NCBI RefSeq assembly: GCF_006345805.1
Contig: NC_042998.1
Coordinates: 1,054,001-1,118,000 of the forward strand
Reading direction: 5' to 3'
DNA length: 64,000 nt
DNA from: Octopus sinensis
Taxonomy: Eukaryota
The position numbers and the translations under genes were made by a program. Each line of letters begins with the position of its first letter. The stretch's first letter is position 1. This document shows, piece by piece, positions 1-13,125 of this stretch. A model generated the notes under the pieces. That model worked only from the letters and a program-made list of their open reading frames with translations, was not told the origin of the DNA and ran no database searches.

Positions 1-1100
1 GTTTATAAGTTTGTCCTGCGTTAAAATTCTTGTAATATTCAAAATTTCAAAATTGTTATAATAGAAGTGGTTAGGACAGTCATGTACTGGGGGTTAATAT
101 TCTTGTATTTAAACACTTAGTTGTATCCCATTATATCCTGAGTTCAAATTCCGTCAAGATGACCTTTACAGGTTATCCGTGGGAGAGTGTGTCTATAAAA
201 TAATTTCTACAGATCTCGCCAACAAATCCGCGATCTTTTGACGAAGTAAGATACCCATATTTTGAGAGCGACAGGGGTGTGCAAGAAACGATTAACCTTT
301 AATGCCGCGCATTCTGATTTGAAATCTTGCTAACATCGGCTTTACCCAAGACCTAAAATTTGGTGAGTTGGAACCAATGTAAGAAACCAATATTATTTCT
401 GTGTTAGTGGCATAAAGCAAGAAAGGCAAGTCGAATACTCTTCAGTTCTTATCGAAAGGTTAATTTATTCCATTTAAGCTGCTAACAATGTCTTTACAGG
501 AAGTATGGAAGTTACAACAATTCTCTTATTCATTCTTAGAATATAGATTCATGTGTTTAGTTAAAAGAAAATAAATCCTGAGTTGATGTAAGCGTTAAAG
601 TACATTCTCATAAATTAAATTCCAGTCGTTGGTAAAAGAATCAACTGGTATTTTTATAAGTCTTTTCCCAGTAAACTTCGACCAAATCAAAGCAATACTT
701 AAAAACTATTTTTCTTTCAAGAACATTATGATAGGAAGTAAGATTCCAATGAGTTGAGAACAGAGTCTAGCTTTGATTCTCAGTCGATGCCAGTTCACAA
801 CAGTCTCATCACAATTTCCCTTAGGGAAAGAATGAACATCATAATATCCCATTTCTTGCTTCCGTTATGTTATAGGATTTGGGGATATACCTGCCCAAAT
901 TTCTCCAAGGGATTCCAAATAAGCCACCAATGCCAGGATACATCTCAACCAACAACGACTCCCTATTTGAATGGGCCATGATACCACAAAACTTGACTTA
1001 AAAATGATTTAACAGGTCATATCGGGTGGTGCTATTAAATTAGACATGGATTGGGCCAATCAGTGGCCGAAACATATCTACGTTCTCTAAAATATTAATA

Positions 1101-1485
1101 ATCCTTTCTACTAAAGGCACAAGGCCTGGAATTTGGATAAGTCGATTACATCGACCCTAGTGTTTTACTGCTACTTAATTTATCGACTTCGAAAGGATGA
1201 AAGGCAAAGTACACCTCCGTGACATTTGAGCTCAGAACGTAGCGTAGAGCGAAATGCCTATTTCTTTACTACCCACAAGGGGCTAAACACAGAGGGAACA
1301 AACAAGGACAGACGGATTAAGTCGATTACATCGACCCCAGTGCGTAACTGGCACTTATTTAATCGACCCCGAAAGGATGAAAGGCAAAGTCGACCTCGGT
1401 GGAATTTGAACTCAGAACGTAACGGCAGACGAAATACAGCTACGCATTTCGCCCGAAGCGCTAACATTTCTGCCAGCTCGCCGCC
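1101..1485 (-). mobile_element. tRNA-derived SINE family S1 (Deu/Nin-like core), head-to-tail dimer
   Basis: Minus strand reads GGCGGCGAGCTGGCAG head, GAGTTCAAATTCC B-box-like motif, core GCCTTTCATCCTTTCGGGGTCGAT and tail b, then a second head-truncated unit ending in tail a (GGCCTTGTGCC..AGTAGAAAGGAT). Confidence 0.85.
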
Positions 1486-1499
1486 TTACCTAAGTTATT

Positions 1500-1533
<34 letters not shown>

Positions 1534-1947
1534 CGTGTGCGTGTGTGATAAAAAAGTGAGAAAGGTATATTAATGTTGATCTTCAGTTTCAACGTCTGCA
1601 AGTCAACGACTGCATAAAAAAATTTTGGTTGGGGGAAAAAGAAAAAAAAATGTAGATCTGAGGATGAATGAGCAGGTATAGATGCTAGTGGAGAGATAGA
1701 GCTGAGGTGACAAAAAGGAATATAGACGGATATGCTGAGGGGCCTGCTTGATTGAAGATGGCGTGCAACTAGTTAGTTTCGAAGAACAGAGGCCTATTAA
1801 CTGTAATAGAATAATCAGAGGCAGGAGATAACGCGCATGCTACAGACAGCAGCACTGTGTATGTAAATGTTTACCACAATTTGTGTGTAACAGTTGTTGT
1901 AGGTAAAGCACTGTACCATAGATGTAGGGCCAATACTCATTTGTAGC

Positions 1948-2160
1948 AGGGCGGCGAGCTGGCAGAATCGTTAGCACGCCGGGCAAAATGCTTTGTGGCA
2001 TTTTGTCTGTCTTTATGTTCTCAGTTCAAATTCCGCCGAGGTCGAATTTGCCTTTCATCCTTTCGGGGTCGATAAATTAAGTACCAGTTGAGTATTGGGG
2101 TCGATCTAATCGACTTACACCCTCCTCCAAAATTTCGGGCCTTGTGCCTAGAGTAGGAAA
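1948..2160 (+). mobile_element. SINE S1, full length, with 16-bp TSD
   Basis: Same head and core as other S1 copies; AATACTCATTTGTAGC repeated at 1932-1947 and 2161-2176. Confidence 0.92.
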
Positions 2161-2770
2161 AATACTCATTTGTAGCTCTTGATTTTGTTACGTTTTGAAT
2201 GAGAGGTTTCTAGGGAACATAAAATGTTGTGAGGTCTTAAATATGTTTATAGCGATATGAAAAGTTTTGTACAGAACTAGAGAGAATTAAGATAGAAGAC
2301 TGTCTCCTTGATGTGCCATGCTCCCTTTAAGGCTGTGGTTCTCAAATTGATAAATACTATTTTACTCAACCCCTCGAAAAAGTATTCGTGAAAGTTCTTA
2401 TTCGTTCCCTCTTTATTAATGAGAATAAAATTCGTACTTGTTTCCATAAAATTTTTCTATCTTCATCAATGTGTTAGTCAAGTTTAGAAAGTTTAAAACC
2501 ATCTTATTTCAGTTAGCAAAGCATTTTCTCTACCTTCGTCCTTCTACCCCCTCCCAGCTCTCCCCTTCCTAAGAGAAACACTGCATTAGAGAATATCTTG
2601 TATGGTTTTTGTTCATGGAAGCAGTGCGGGTTTAACATGAAGTATCCGGTGATATGTGGATGCCATCTGTCTGCAGATCATTAACGAGTAAAGAGAAATA
2701 TATTTACAAAAGAGTGAGCATTGTGAGAGGTAACAGTGTGTATATTAAAGTGGACTTAAGATTGAACACC

Positions 2771-3095
2771 GTGAAGGCGCGTGACTTAGTGATTAGGGTA
2801 TTCAGCTCATAATCATGAGGTTGTGAGTTCGATATCCAGTGGCGAGTTGTGCCCTTGAGCAAGGCACTTTTATTTCACGGTGCTTCTGTCCATACAGCTG
2901 GAAAAATATGGGACGTACCTGTATTTCAAGGGCCAGCCTGGTCACATTTTGTAACACGATGAATCACTCTGAGAGATACATTAATGTTACGCGCTTCTGT
3001 GGAGTGCTCGGCCACTTGCACGTTAATTTCACGTGGATGGCGTTCTGTTGATCGGATCAATTGGAACCCTGGTCGTCATAACCGACAGAGTGCCA
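2771..3095 (+). mobile_element. tRNA-derived SINE family S4
   Basis: GTGAAGGCGCGTGACTTAGTG head, GAGTTCGAT B-box-like motif, CCCTTGAGCAAGGCACTTT core; homologous to 24412-24700 and 19395-19573. Confidence 0.85.
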
Positions 3096-4294
3096 GTTAT
3101 TGACACTGAATACTTCAAAGGAAGAGATAGACAATAGATACGAATTGATACGAGTACATTGTCGATTCACATGGAAAACTATGCACGCCAAAATAACCGC
3201 ATTGCCGTCGACTTAATATAAAAAGAAGTATTGGTATTAAAATAAATTCATATCATGAACTGAGGAAATTTTATGAAATATCAAATAAAATTTTACATTG
3301 TTTCATTGAAACATGATATTTATCAAGTTTAATTAAAGCATCAACACATCATTATCGATGATTTTCAGTTTATTTTGTTAAGCCTTATAACTCAAAGTTC
3401 GATATTATTCAACGCATCAGTTAACATTATCTACGCAAATATCTTAAGATAATGATTTTATATGGAGCTCATGAATTTTGCTTCGGTTTTGCAGGAAGCA
3501 CGCATTTTACTAGATGACCGCATTTTACTAGATGACCTCCACTGGAGGGCGAATAGGAACGAACGAATGAACTGATTATAAGAACGATGCTTGTCAACAC
3601 AAACGTTGACGAACTTTGTACTAAGGAAATAAACATCAGACAGGTAAAATAAACATCAAAGGTTCTTAGCTACATGCAGAAATGTTTCAAAATGTATCTT
3701 CTATTTCAAAATAATCTTCTGGAGGTGACTAAAGTTATTCGCATCATTTTGATGATATGGAAACCCTTCAGTATTAACAGCAGATAGTTGAGGGTCCTTA
3801 GTCTGTACCTGTCGCCTAAGTGGGGAAGCGAAGACTGAATTACCTTTCGCCGGCAGAAATATTCTATCGGCGGCCTCTTGACCATTACTACCTTGAGCTG
3901 GTTTCAGCTTCCATACCTATCTCCTTAATGACTTTCCTCAGTTATTTGCATTTCAAACAAGTCTTCTTCCAGGAATATTGCTCTGCTCTTGCTGGAAAAC
4001 TGCGGTAGCCAACTACAATAACGAATGAGATCGTATGGCAAGAGTTTTTCAACCAAGTCCCGATATTTGACAACTCTATCCTCTAATGGCACTGTGAATT
4101 CGTTATGGGATTTTAGAGTACCGTTCACATTAAAACGTATGTTCAAGAATCAATTCAGTCTACTGTACGCTTCTTTTAACAATTTGAAGAATAAGCAATG
4201 TAAGAATTCCTCATGTAAAAGTTGCTGTTTTACGAGGTTTAATAAGTTTCGAAATGTTTGTTTCTAATTGAAACACAAAGCAACTTTTCAGAGA

Positions 4295-4415
4295 GTGGGG
4301 ATTAGGTGATATCATTAACCTCAGCTCTAAACCGGTATTGTAACTTATCGATTCCGGAAAGATGAAAGGCAAAATTGACGGCAGCAGGAATTGAACTCAA
4401 AACACAAAAAGCCAC
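4295..4415 (-). mobile_element. Degenerate partial SINE S1
   Basis: GAAAGATGAAAGGCAAAATTGAC..GAATTGAACTC matches the reverse complement of the S1 core. Confidence 0.6.
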
Positions 4416-4825
4416 AAAAAAATTTCAAAATATTGACTCACTTTTGTGATAGTTATATTCATTGAAAATTAAGACTGATATGTAATGTGGTCTCATAACC
4501 AACAACGTGTTTTCTTTGAAATTCAGTGAGTCTACTTTTTAAAAGCTGTAGATTCCAATTTATGTCTGTAAGAGTAAAACGACCGAAGAGTTACTCATAA
4601 GGCGTAAATACATATCTATTAAAGCAGAATTTTCAGTAAGTGTCTTGTCGCGTCAGTTTATTCGGAGTTTCAACTTAGTAAATCTTCCAAGAATATTGTT
4701 TGTGGTAGACTGACACTCAGTTCAGAATGTGAGAGAGGAAAGTGAGATAAGATGGAGGAAAAGAGAGGACGAAAGAGAAGATGAGATTTACTGCTCATTC
4801 TCTTAATATTTATTTTAGTATTATT

Positions 4826-4831
4826 ATCACT

Positions 4832-4910
<79 letters not shown>
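4826..4910. repeat. (AAT)n microsatellite
   Basis: Direct inspection. Confidence 0.95.
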
Positions 4911-5947
4911 TTCTACACAAGTATTGCAGCAGTTGTGGCATTGCAGCTACATTTATCTCTGTTAAGATCTATTTCTTCACTTAGGCTCTCTCTCCTTTAA
5001 TGGTCCATCTAACTTCACAGTCACATTCTGATAAGTTACCTCCTGGCACATGGAAAAATACAAAACACTAACTGACCTCAATGTGAAGCCGAGGCTAAAA
5101 CTGAGAGGAAAATGGCAGAGAAGGGTAAGTGAATAAAGAGAGTGAAAATATAGAAAATAGAGTTGACGCTTAGTTGATAATGACAGAGATAACAATGGAG
5201 TTAACAAACCAGGAAGCGAATTCATTCTTTTCTTTGTAAAAAATTCCTCGCACAGGAAACGATTATATCTACCGGGTTTTGCGTCGAGTGTTTTTGATCG
5301 TAGCTATCATCATTCAAGCGCTAAAACACTAATACGTCTCCAAGGGAGCTTATCCAGATGTAAAAGTTTTTAATTCTTGGTTTGTTTTGTTTTTTGTATT
5401 TGCTTCTATCATAATTGTATCTGTTTCTTAATGTTCCCTTCAGCGATAATGTAATAACAAGAATCCCATATTTTATTCTGTTAAATGAATCAAATAATAT
5501 TCTTTTGAGTCGTTTAAAAAAAAAGAAAAGAAAATGAAAGAAAAACAAAGAAAAGAACATCTCAAAAGAGAAAAAACTGAAAGAAAATGTAAGTGATAGA
5601 GATATGAATGAAGAAAATATATTAAATTAAGTTGTTCCCCAAAGACAGTAAAAGCTAAATGAATGTTTCTTAATTCAGCATTAAATAAAACATCAGAGAT
5701 CTTACTTCCAATAACATACTTCATTGAAACTCGGCTACTTATACTATAATTAAGAGCAGCACATCAAATAATCGTGGTGAATAGATTAAAAACATTGCAT
5801 TCAATGGTATAGGTTCCTTATTTATATTCATATTTTTGCAATGATCCATTTAACATTTTTTAATAATTAAGGCCTCGATTGCAGTACGGTGCTTGCCACT
5901 AATACACTTTTCAAGGGTTTTAAAGTATTTTATAAGTAGCCTGTGAA

Positions 5948-6045
<98 letters not shown>

Positions 6046-6737
6046 GGGGCGTGATTCAAAACTAGGGAGTCAATTACCGCAAGTGCTTGAAAATTTGAAA
6101 CGCCTGTCAAGATAGAAAAAATACCGAAATACTAAGGTCACACACACACACACACACACACAGAAATGCGTGCACGCGTACAAACACACATACACGGATA
6201 TGCATAAACACATACACGTGTACATACACGCTCACACTCTCGTATCAACTGTTATAGGTGTGAATGACGTAGCATGTCATAAAACATGAATGAATTACTT
6301 TTATATCAGTTGTGTTGCTCTAAAATTGTTGGTGGAAGAAAATTTTTAAAGAGAACACGTAGTCGAGTAACGGTTAGAGACTTGGTGATCTGTCTTGTTA
6401 GAGTAATCTCCGAATTGTTTTGGAACAAAGATATGAAATGTTTTCTAGAATGTATGTATATATGTATTATATATGTGGTATGTATGTGTGTGCATATGTA
6501 TGTATTTGTATGTGTATTTGTAAGTATGTATGTGTACATACGGATATGTATATATATATATATTATATATATATATAGGTGAGAAAGTTGGTGTGTGAAA
6601 GCACGTGGTTGGATGTCTAAAAAATAGAAAAGAGTGAAAAAACTACAGAAGGCTTGTTTTATAAGGTTAAAGAATATATTTAAGTCGTTATGTTAGAAGA
6701 ATGTTATAAAATTTTGCATATAGTAACATAGTTTTGG

Positions 6738-6776
6738 GAGAAATTACCGGTTTCGTGTAAACTTTTCAAATTTCTC
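6738..6776 (-). ncRNA. Degenerate minimal type-I hammerhead motif in the PLE 3' terminal region
   Basis: GAGAAAT-TTGAAAA-GTTTACAC-GAAA-CCGGTA-ATTTCTC: 7-bp stem I and palindromic stem III (ACCGGT); the core differs from CUGANGA at 2 positions. Confidence 0.55.
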
Positions 6777-6909
6777 AAATGTCTTTACTTACATCGTGTC
6801 ATGTCTTCGTTATGAAGTGCAAAGATAAGCTCCAGGCAGGGGGGGGGGTAATAAGGGATTTCTTCCGGTATATGGGAGATAATCGCTTTATATTTCTTTT
6901 CCCCTTTTT

Positions 6910-9226
6910 TTAATGAGATGAGTTTCTCTGTATAAGAATGTTAGGATGGTTAAGTTCAGGCTTATATTTTTCAATGAAGAATGTTTCCTTGTTTAATCTA
7001 ATTTGTGTTGGTGTTCCAATAGCACATTGATAGAATGGAAAGATTAAAAATTGTGGTAGTAGTTGCTTTGCGCATTTCTCAATATGCTCACTAAAGGGTA
7101 TCATTCCGTATTCTGGGAATGCAACCTGTTGTCGATGCAGAGTGCTTCTGCGTCTGAGTGATAATTATGTGGACCCTACGTAGTTTTGGTGGCAGCCCGA
7201 GCATCTTATGACATAAATTATGTTTTCAGAAGCACAAGTAAAATTAGATCTGATCTTGAATTTTTGTCCCTCTTTGAAAAGGAATTCTGATCCTTCTAGA
7301 AGGTTTGGGCATGTTGCGCAGTTTGGTCTATCACATTTTTTTACTTTTGCATCCGTAATTTCAGAAAACAATTTTGCCTTTGTGAGAATCTTTTTAAGTG
7401 ATTTAGGTTGTTTGTAGCTTTTAATGATTTTATGTATGTTTAGAATTTCCTTTAATTTGGGATCCTTATGAAGTATTGGTAAATTCTGAGTGATGATGGT
7501 GAAGGCTTCTTTGTTTCTGGAGTTGTATGTGGATATGTAAGGCAGTATTTTCGGGGAAGGTGTGTTGTTGTGTTGAACTTTTCTCAAAGTTTCTATGTCG
7601 ATTTCTGTTGCGCGTCTGATTCCATCCTCTATGAGTTGAACTGGGTAGTGTCTGTCAATTAGAGTGTTTTTGAGTTCTTGTAATCTAAAGTTCCTGGTAT
7701 TTTGTTCTGACACTATTGTGGATATCCTTCTTGCAAGGTTGAAAGGGATGTTTGTTTTAGTGTGTCTTGGGTGGCATGAATCAAAAAGTAGGTATTGTTT
7801 GGCGTCTGTGGCTTTGTAAACTATGTCTGTTTCTATTTTTAGGTTAATTTTTTTAATCAGTATATCTAAGAATGGAAGCTCCTTTTGATTGTACTCCATT
7901 GTGAACTGAATATTTGGGTTGATGCTGTTCAATAGGTTTTTGAATTTTAGGAGTTTATCTGTGTTTTCATTCCAGAGTATAAACAATCGTCCAGGAATCT
8001 TTTCCAATTCTCTTTTATGTATTGAGAAAGGGGGTTTCCAAAGGTAGATAAAGATTCCTAGTATATTATTACTTCCAGGTAGCCCATTGTTAGGTTTGCA
8101 ATGACTGGTGCTGCCCTTGTACCCATAGCAATTCCGAACTTTTGACAGGAAAACGTATTGTCAAACATGCAGTGGTTATTTTGCAGGATGAATTCAACCG
8201 ATTTAGTAATGGATTTTTTACTGATCCTTTTTGGTATTTCTTACGGAAATTGGTCCAGCCAGAACTGTATTGCCTCTAGTCCATAATTATGAGGTATACT
8301 GGTATATAAATTAACTACATCAAATCAAACCATGATTGTTTCTTCCTTGACTATTTTTGGAAGGTGGTTTAACATATCCAAGTCATCTCTGATATGACTA
8401 TCGATGTGTTTAAGGAAGGGTTTCGGGAGGATGTCCATATATAGACTTAATCTGTGTGTTTCACAGGCTGGGCCGGCTACAATGGGTCGTAGTTTTAGGT
8501 CCCCCGGGTTAGGTGTGTGTATGTATGTCTTTGGTGATTTTTTAATGGTTTCATTTATAATTAGGCTAGGTTTGCATTTAAAGTTTGTTAGAAAGCCAAT
8601 CTCTTTGGTTTTCAGTTCCTTTCCATGGGTTTTAATTAGTGAGGACAGAGTTTTCATTATTTTTTGCGGGTGTAGTTGGTGATTTTTTCATAATGTTGAT
8701 TGTCATCAAGCAAGGAAATTACAAGATTTCTATAGTATAATGTATCCATTATTACAACTGCACTTCCTTTGTCTGCTTCCTTAATGGTTATATCTTCATC
8801 ATTTTGAAGTTCTATCAGTTCCTTCCATTGTGCGGTGCTAAAATTTGAGTTAACTGTCTGTTTGTGTATAGTATGGTAGGGAAAGTTCTCAATGTGGCTG
8901 CAGAACTCGTTAAGATCTTTATTTCTTCCTCTGTGGGGGATGTGTTCACTTTTGTTCTTGACTAGTGATTCATCTTCAGTATTGAAACTGGTTGATGCTT
9001 CTGCTAGTCTTAATTTTCTGCAGAATTCTGTTATATCATCCTTGACTTCATTTTGGTTGGCTCTGCGTGGAGTTGGCGTGAATTTGAGCCCTTTTGAGAG
9101 GATGTCAATTTTTATGTTAGAAAGAGGTTTGGTTGAAAAGTTGATTATCTTCGGTTTTTCCTTGTTACTAGATTCCAGCCTGTGTCCTGGTGTCTCTGGT
9201 CTGGGACTAAAAAATGTTGGGTGCAA
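6910..9226 (-). pseudogene. Penelope RT/GIY-YIG polyprotein, frameshifted
   Basis: ORF-track pieces 8657-9226, 8325-8657, 7165-8007 and 6910-7104 are collinear parts of one PLE ORF broken by frameshifts and stops. Confidence 0.9.
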
Positions 9227-9327
9227 TTTTGTTTGTATGAGTTGTCTGTGAGATTATGTATAGATAAATATAAATATATGTATATGAACATATATCTATA
9301 TATCTGTATGCATAAGTTATATATATA

Positions 9328-9358
<31 letters not shown>

Positions 9359-9520
9359 AGTTAAATACGTTTTGAAATCTGATGATTACTATGATCGTAT
9401 GAAAACACTAATTTTGAACTCTATGAAAATTACAAAATATATTTTTTATTCTTAAAATGTAATAAAAAAAACTTGAAACCCAGATCATATTATAACTTTA
9501 TTCAACTGACATATATATAT

Positions 9521-9571
<51 letters not shown>

Positions 9572-9572
<1 letters not shown>

Positions 9573-10440
9573 CTAGTTTCAGCTCACGAGCTGTGGCCAT
9601 GCTGGGGCACCGCCATTCGGTGTTGCTACATGATTTTACTCCACGAATGCTTTTTAGCAATTGACATTTGGTGTATGAGAGAGTTTGATGCAGCTGCCCT
9701 CATCTGCACATCCTGCCGTGAAGTTGGTTCATCTGGGACACCTGACAGGAAGAGATCCAGTTTTATTTTATAAACATCTGCATCCACCCCATGAAGGTCT
9801 CTCATGTCCTTCGGGAGGATATTGAAGAGCTGTGGACCTTTGAAGCCCAGGGTATCACGGTATCTTGTTCTACATCTTGATGGCAAATTTGGAGTCCTTG
9901 GCACTATGCAGTGGCGCCCAGTTCAAGTATTTGTGTAAGTCTCGATGCCAAAGTTTGGGACAAATCCTTCCAGATGTATATTATGGCATATCTTTCTCGC
10001 CTACGCTCTAAGGAATAGAATCTTAATCTCTTGAGTCTTTCCCAATAGCTTATATGCTGCACAGAGGCTATCTTCTTCGTGTAGCTTCGTTGGATCGCCT
10101 CAAGTTCTGTGATTAATTTGACACTGGTTGGTGACCATAGCTGAGAGCAATAGTCAAAGCGGCTTAGGACAAGTGTCCTCCAGAGGACCATCTTGGTTTC
10201 CTGGTCTCTTGTTCTAAAAGCTCTAAGAATCCATCCGGTCAGCCGCTTACATTTCATTGCCAATTTAGCAACATGCACATGAAAGGTTGCATCATTACTC
10301 ACGTAAATACCCAGGTCTCGTACTGATTGTGGTTCTGGGATTGCAATCCCTCCAGGCCCAGTGTATTTATTGGGTATTGCATTTAGTTTTGCATGCTGAT
10401 AGCATAAAGCTTGAAACTTTTCAGCATTGAACTGCATACT
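9572..10440 (-). mobile_element. CR1-group LINE 3' fragment (RT C-terminus + 3' tail)
   Basis: [47 protein letters not shown] motifs; frameshift near 9950; tail GGCGGTGCCCCAGCATGGCCACAGCTCGTGAGCTGAAAC; (TA)n on both sides. Confidence 0.88.
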
Positions 10441-10502
10441 ATTCTTTATATATATATATGCATATATATATATGTGCATATGCATATACATATATATATG
10501 TC

Positions 10503-10555
<53 letters not shown>

Positions 10556-10636
10556 TATATATATTTATATAAATATACATGCACACACGCAAATAATCCC
10601 ACGCATACACACGCACACACAGAAATATATATATAT

Positions 10637-10826
10637 AGTTGAAGTTAACAGAAGAGCAAAGAACAAAAACAAGTGTATAACCAACAAGCGAGTGTATTCG
10701 TTTGACGCTCAGGAAAGTGAGAATGTCTTTTACGTTTCGAGACTACGCTCTTCAGCAGAAAGGTATATGAGGAAGTAAACAGAGAGAGAATAAAAGAACT
10801 TGTGGATTTAGTGACCAGCCATATAA
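10637..10826 (-). mobile_element. PLE-terminus-like module type A with HHR motif
   Basis: Homologous to 35842-36024; contains CTTT-CTGCTGA-A-GAGCGTAGTCTC-GAAAC-GTA-AAAG at 10727-10762; 3' end abuts (TA)n. Confidence 0.7.
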
Positions 10827-10846
10827 TACATACATACATACATACA

Positions 10847-10880
<34 letters not shown>

Positions 10881-10920
10881 CATATATATATATATAATAT
10901 ATAAATCGGTCTTTCAAAAT

Positions 10921-11113
10921 GTGACCTCGTGTGTACCGTTGGCGATTTTTTTTCTCTGTCTTCCCTTCTCTGGATCTTTCCTTCACCTATGTTTCCGACG
11001 AAGAACTCCGCTCGAAACGTTAAACCCTCCTTCTTCCCTCCTTTCCTATATTTGTTCCACGTCCTCGCGTTGTTGTGTTTTTTTTTTTTGTGTTTTCTTG
11101 TTTGGATTAACTT
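10921..11113 (+). mobile_element. PLE-terminus-like module type B with HHR motif
   Basis: Homologous to 35565-35770; contains GTTT-CCGACGA-A-GAACTCCGCTC-GAAAC-GTT-AAAC at 10991-11025. Confidence 0.7.
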
Positions 11114-11219
11114 TATATATATTAACTTTCAGATGGCCAGATAACCGAAGAGATGGTGTTGTGGATTTCCACTCCGGCATCTGAAACTCAGAGTTTTATC
11201 TTGACTATTGAGTAATGTA

Positions 11220-11230
11220 ACATATTATTT

Positions 11231-11263
<33 letters not shown>

Positions 11264-11270
11264 ATGTATG

Positions 11271-11358
<88 letters not shown>

Positions 11359-11390
11359 ATGTATGTATATATATCTATATACATATATAG
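11220..11390. repeat. Interrupted (TA)n microsatellite
   Basis: Direct inspection. Confidence 0.95.
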
Positions 11391-11959
11391 AGGGGGGAAA
11401 TGTTACCGTCACTAATTGTGGCTGATTTACTAAAGCACTTATATTGCAAGACATACGAGTTGAAAACTCTTACTACATATGTGTATATGCATATGGATTT
11501 AAGTGTGTGATGTGTGTATTTGTCTGCGTGTGTACTCGTCTGTCTATGTATGTATATGTGTGTGCGTTAGTTATTAGATATATAGATATACGTAAACCCA
11601 TTAAGAAAGCATTAATTTTTAATGTATAAAATCAGTTTTATAATTCAGTAAATGGTTCATATCTTCATGTTTAGACACGCTCAATTTGGCCTTGCTTTTC
11701 AACTTGAATGTATATAAGGCGTGACAATTTCATACTATACACCAGGACACTGTTTCAAAAGCCTTTTCAAATCGTGACATAAAGACAGATTGATTCCTTC
11801 TTTTCACTCACTTTCATATCGGTCATTATAAGATGAGGAGTGTTCTAGTGCCTGTGTTAAACTCTGAGTAATTATATCGTTTGCCGGTGATGATTGAGCT
11901 GATGGAAATAATTCTTTTCCAGGTGAAATCTAAAAATATTAATAATGATTATGTATTCA

Positions 11960-12031
11960 TATACATACATACATGCATACATACGTACATACAATACATA
12001 CAAATCTGCATGTATATATATACATACATAC

Positions 12032-12062
<31 letters not shown>

Positions 12063-12330
12063 CATACATACATACGTACATACATACGTACATACAATAC
12101 ATACAAATCTGCATGTATACATACATACATACTTACATACATACATACTTACATACATACATACATACATACATACGTACATACATACGTACGTACATAT
12201 ATACGTACGTACGTACGTACGTACATATATACGTACATATGTACGTACGTACATATATACGTACGTACATATATACATACATACGTACGTACGTACGTAC
12301 GTACGTACATGCATGCATACATACATCCCA
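11960..12330. repeat. Compound (TACA)n/(TACG)n array with an internal ~100-bp duplication
   Basis: TACAATACATACAAATCTGCATGTAT occurs twice (~11990 and ~12095); this array is the source of the YIHT/MYVC pseudo-ORFs. Confidence 0.92.
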
Positions 12331-12784
12331 TGCGCCGGAATATAAATCCAAATTCTTATCTCATAAGAATATTACTGGATTTATATATTAACTGTTGGAT
12401 AACCTATGTTGAAGACCTAACTGGACAGCAAGCCGCTAAACATCTGGAGTAACCCCTTATTATTCACAAATATGTATAGACATATATATTAATTGCACAA
12501 CCAACTTTACAGGGATGTACTGGTTTGAACGCCGGAGGCTGTAGTAGTCGTCCTGAGAAAACATCTCATATAGATGTAAGATGCCAAAAATCATAGATGA
12601 TTATGTCGGCATGTCTGTTGGAGGAGACAGTTGCATCACACGGTTGCCACGTCATTTGCGTTTCATCAGCAACGAGCACTCGACAACCGAATGTTAAATT
12701 GAAAGTCCATCGAAATTGCGGAATTTCAGCACGTGTCTACTTACCTCGGTGTGTGTATGTATGTATCTATTATGTATTTATATG

Positions 12785-12869
<85 letters not shown>

Positions 12870-12878
<9 letters not shown>

Positions 12879-12995
12879 CATGATCACCGTGACCGACCAG
12901 GCTATCAGATGTTGATACACATCGCTGGTCACAATGCGCTTCGCATTGTTTTAGCCTTCAAATGACGCCATCCCGCTGGTTAAGCGATCAGGCCA
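12870..12995 (-). mobile_element. Short interspersed repeat fragment (retroelement 3'-end-like)
   Basis: GC-richer 120-bp segment between microsatellites, ending in a TCACGGTGATCATGGTGA-type short tandem tail; family not identified. Confidence 0.35.
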
Positions 12996-13041
<46 letters not shown>

Positions 13042-13125
13042 TTAAATAATGAGGGTGATTGAATATTAATTTAATTAACATCAATTTAAAACCAGTAGCC
13101 TAGAAAATTCAGAAAAATTGTAATA

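Larger units (their letters stand above)
6580..9250 (-). mobile_element. Penelope-like retroelement, 5'-truncated and disrupted
   Basis: Consecutive minus-strand ORF pieces give the PLE N-terminal region (IINFS..LSKGLKFTPTP; IKEADKGSAVVIMD), RT (LRPIV, FDVVNLYTSIP, GIAMGT, RFLDDCF), thumb and GIY-YIG (IYVIRCSGCHQNYVGST..ETFFIEKYKPELN). The 3' end abuts (TA)n. Confidence 0.93.

Noticed and set aside
3509-3546. 18-bp direct duplication (also 19 bp at ~31873-31910)
   Set aside because: Ordinary slippage duplications with no enclosed element.
3925-4146. 73-aa minus-strand ORF
   Set aside because: No recognisable motif or splice support.
4980-5731. Minus-strand micro-exon candidates (4980-5041, ~5694-5731)
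   Set aside because: Plausible splice dinucleotides but short, unrecognisable peptides; expected by chance.
9379-9415. CTGATGA..GAAA next to the PLE 5' end as a hammerhead
   Set aside because: Opposite strand to the PLE, no G10.1-C11.1 pair, no stem I or III.
11872-12452. Long ORFs such as [16 protein letters not shown] (also 19494-20082, 22073-22625, 25246-25965, 43990-44426 and others)
   Set aside because: Translations of microsatellites that lack stops in several frames.
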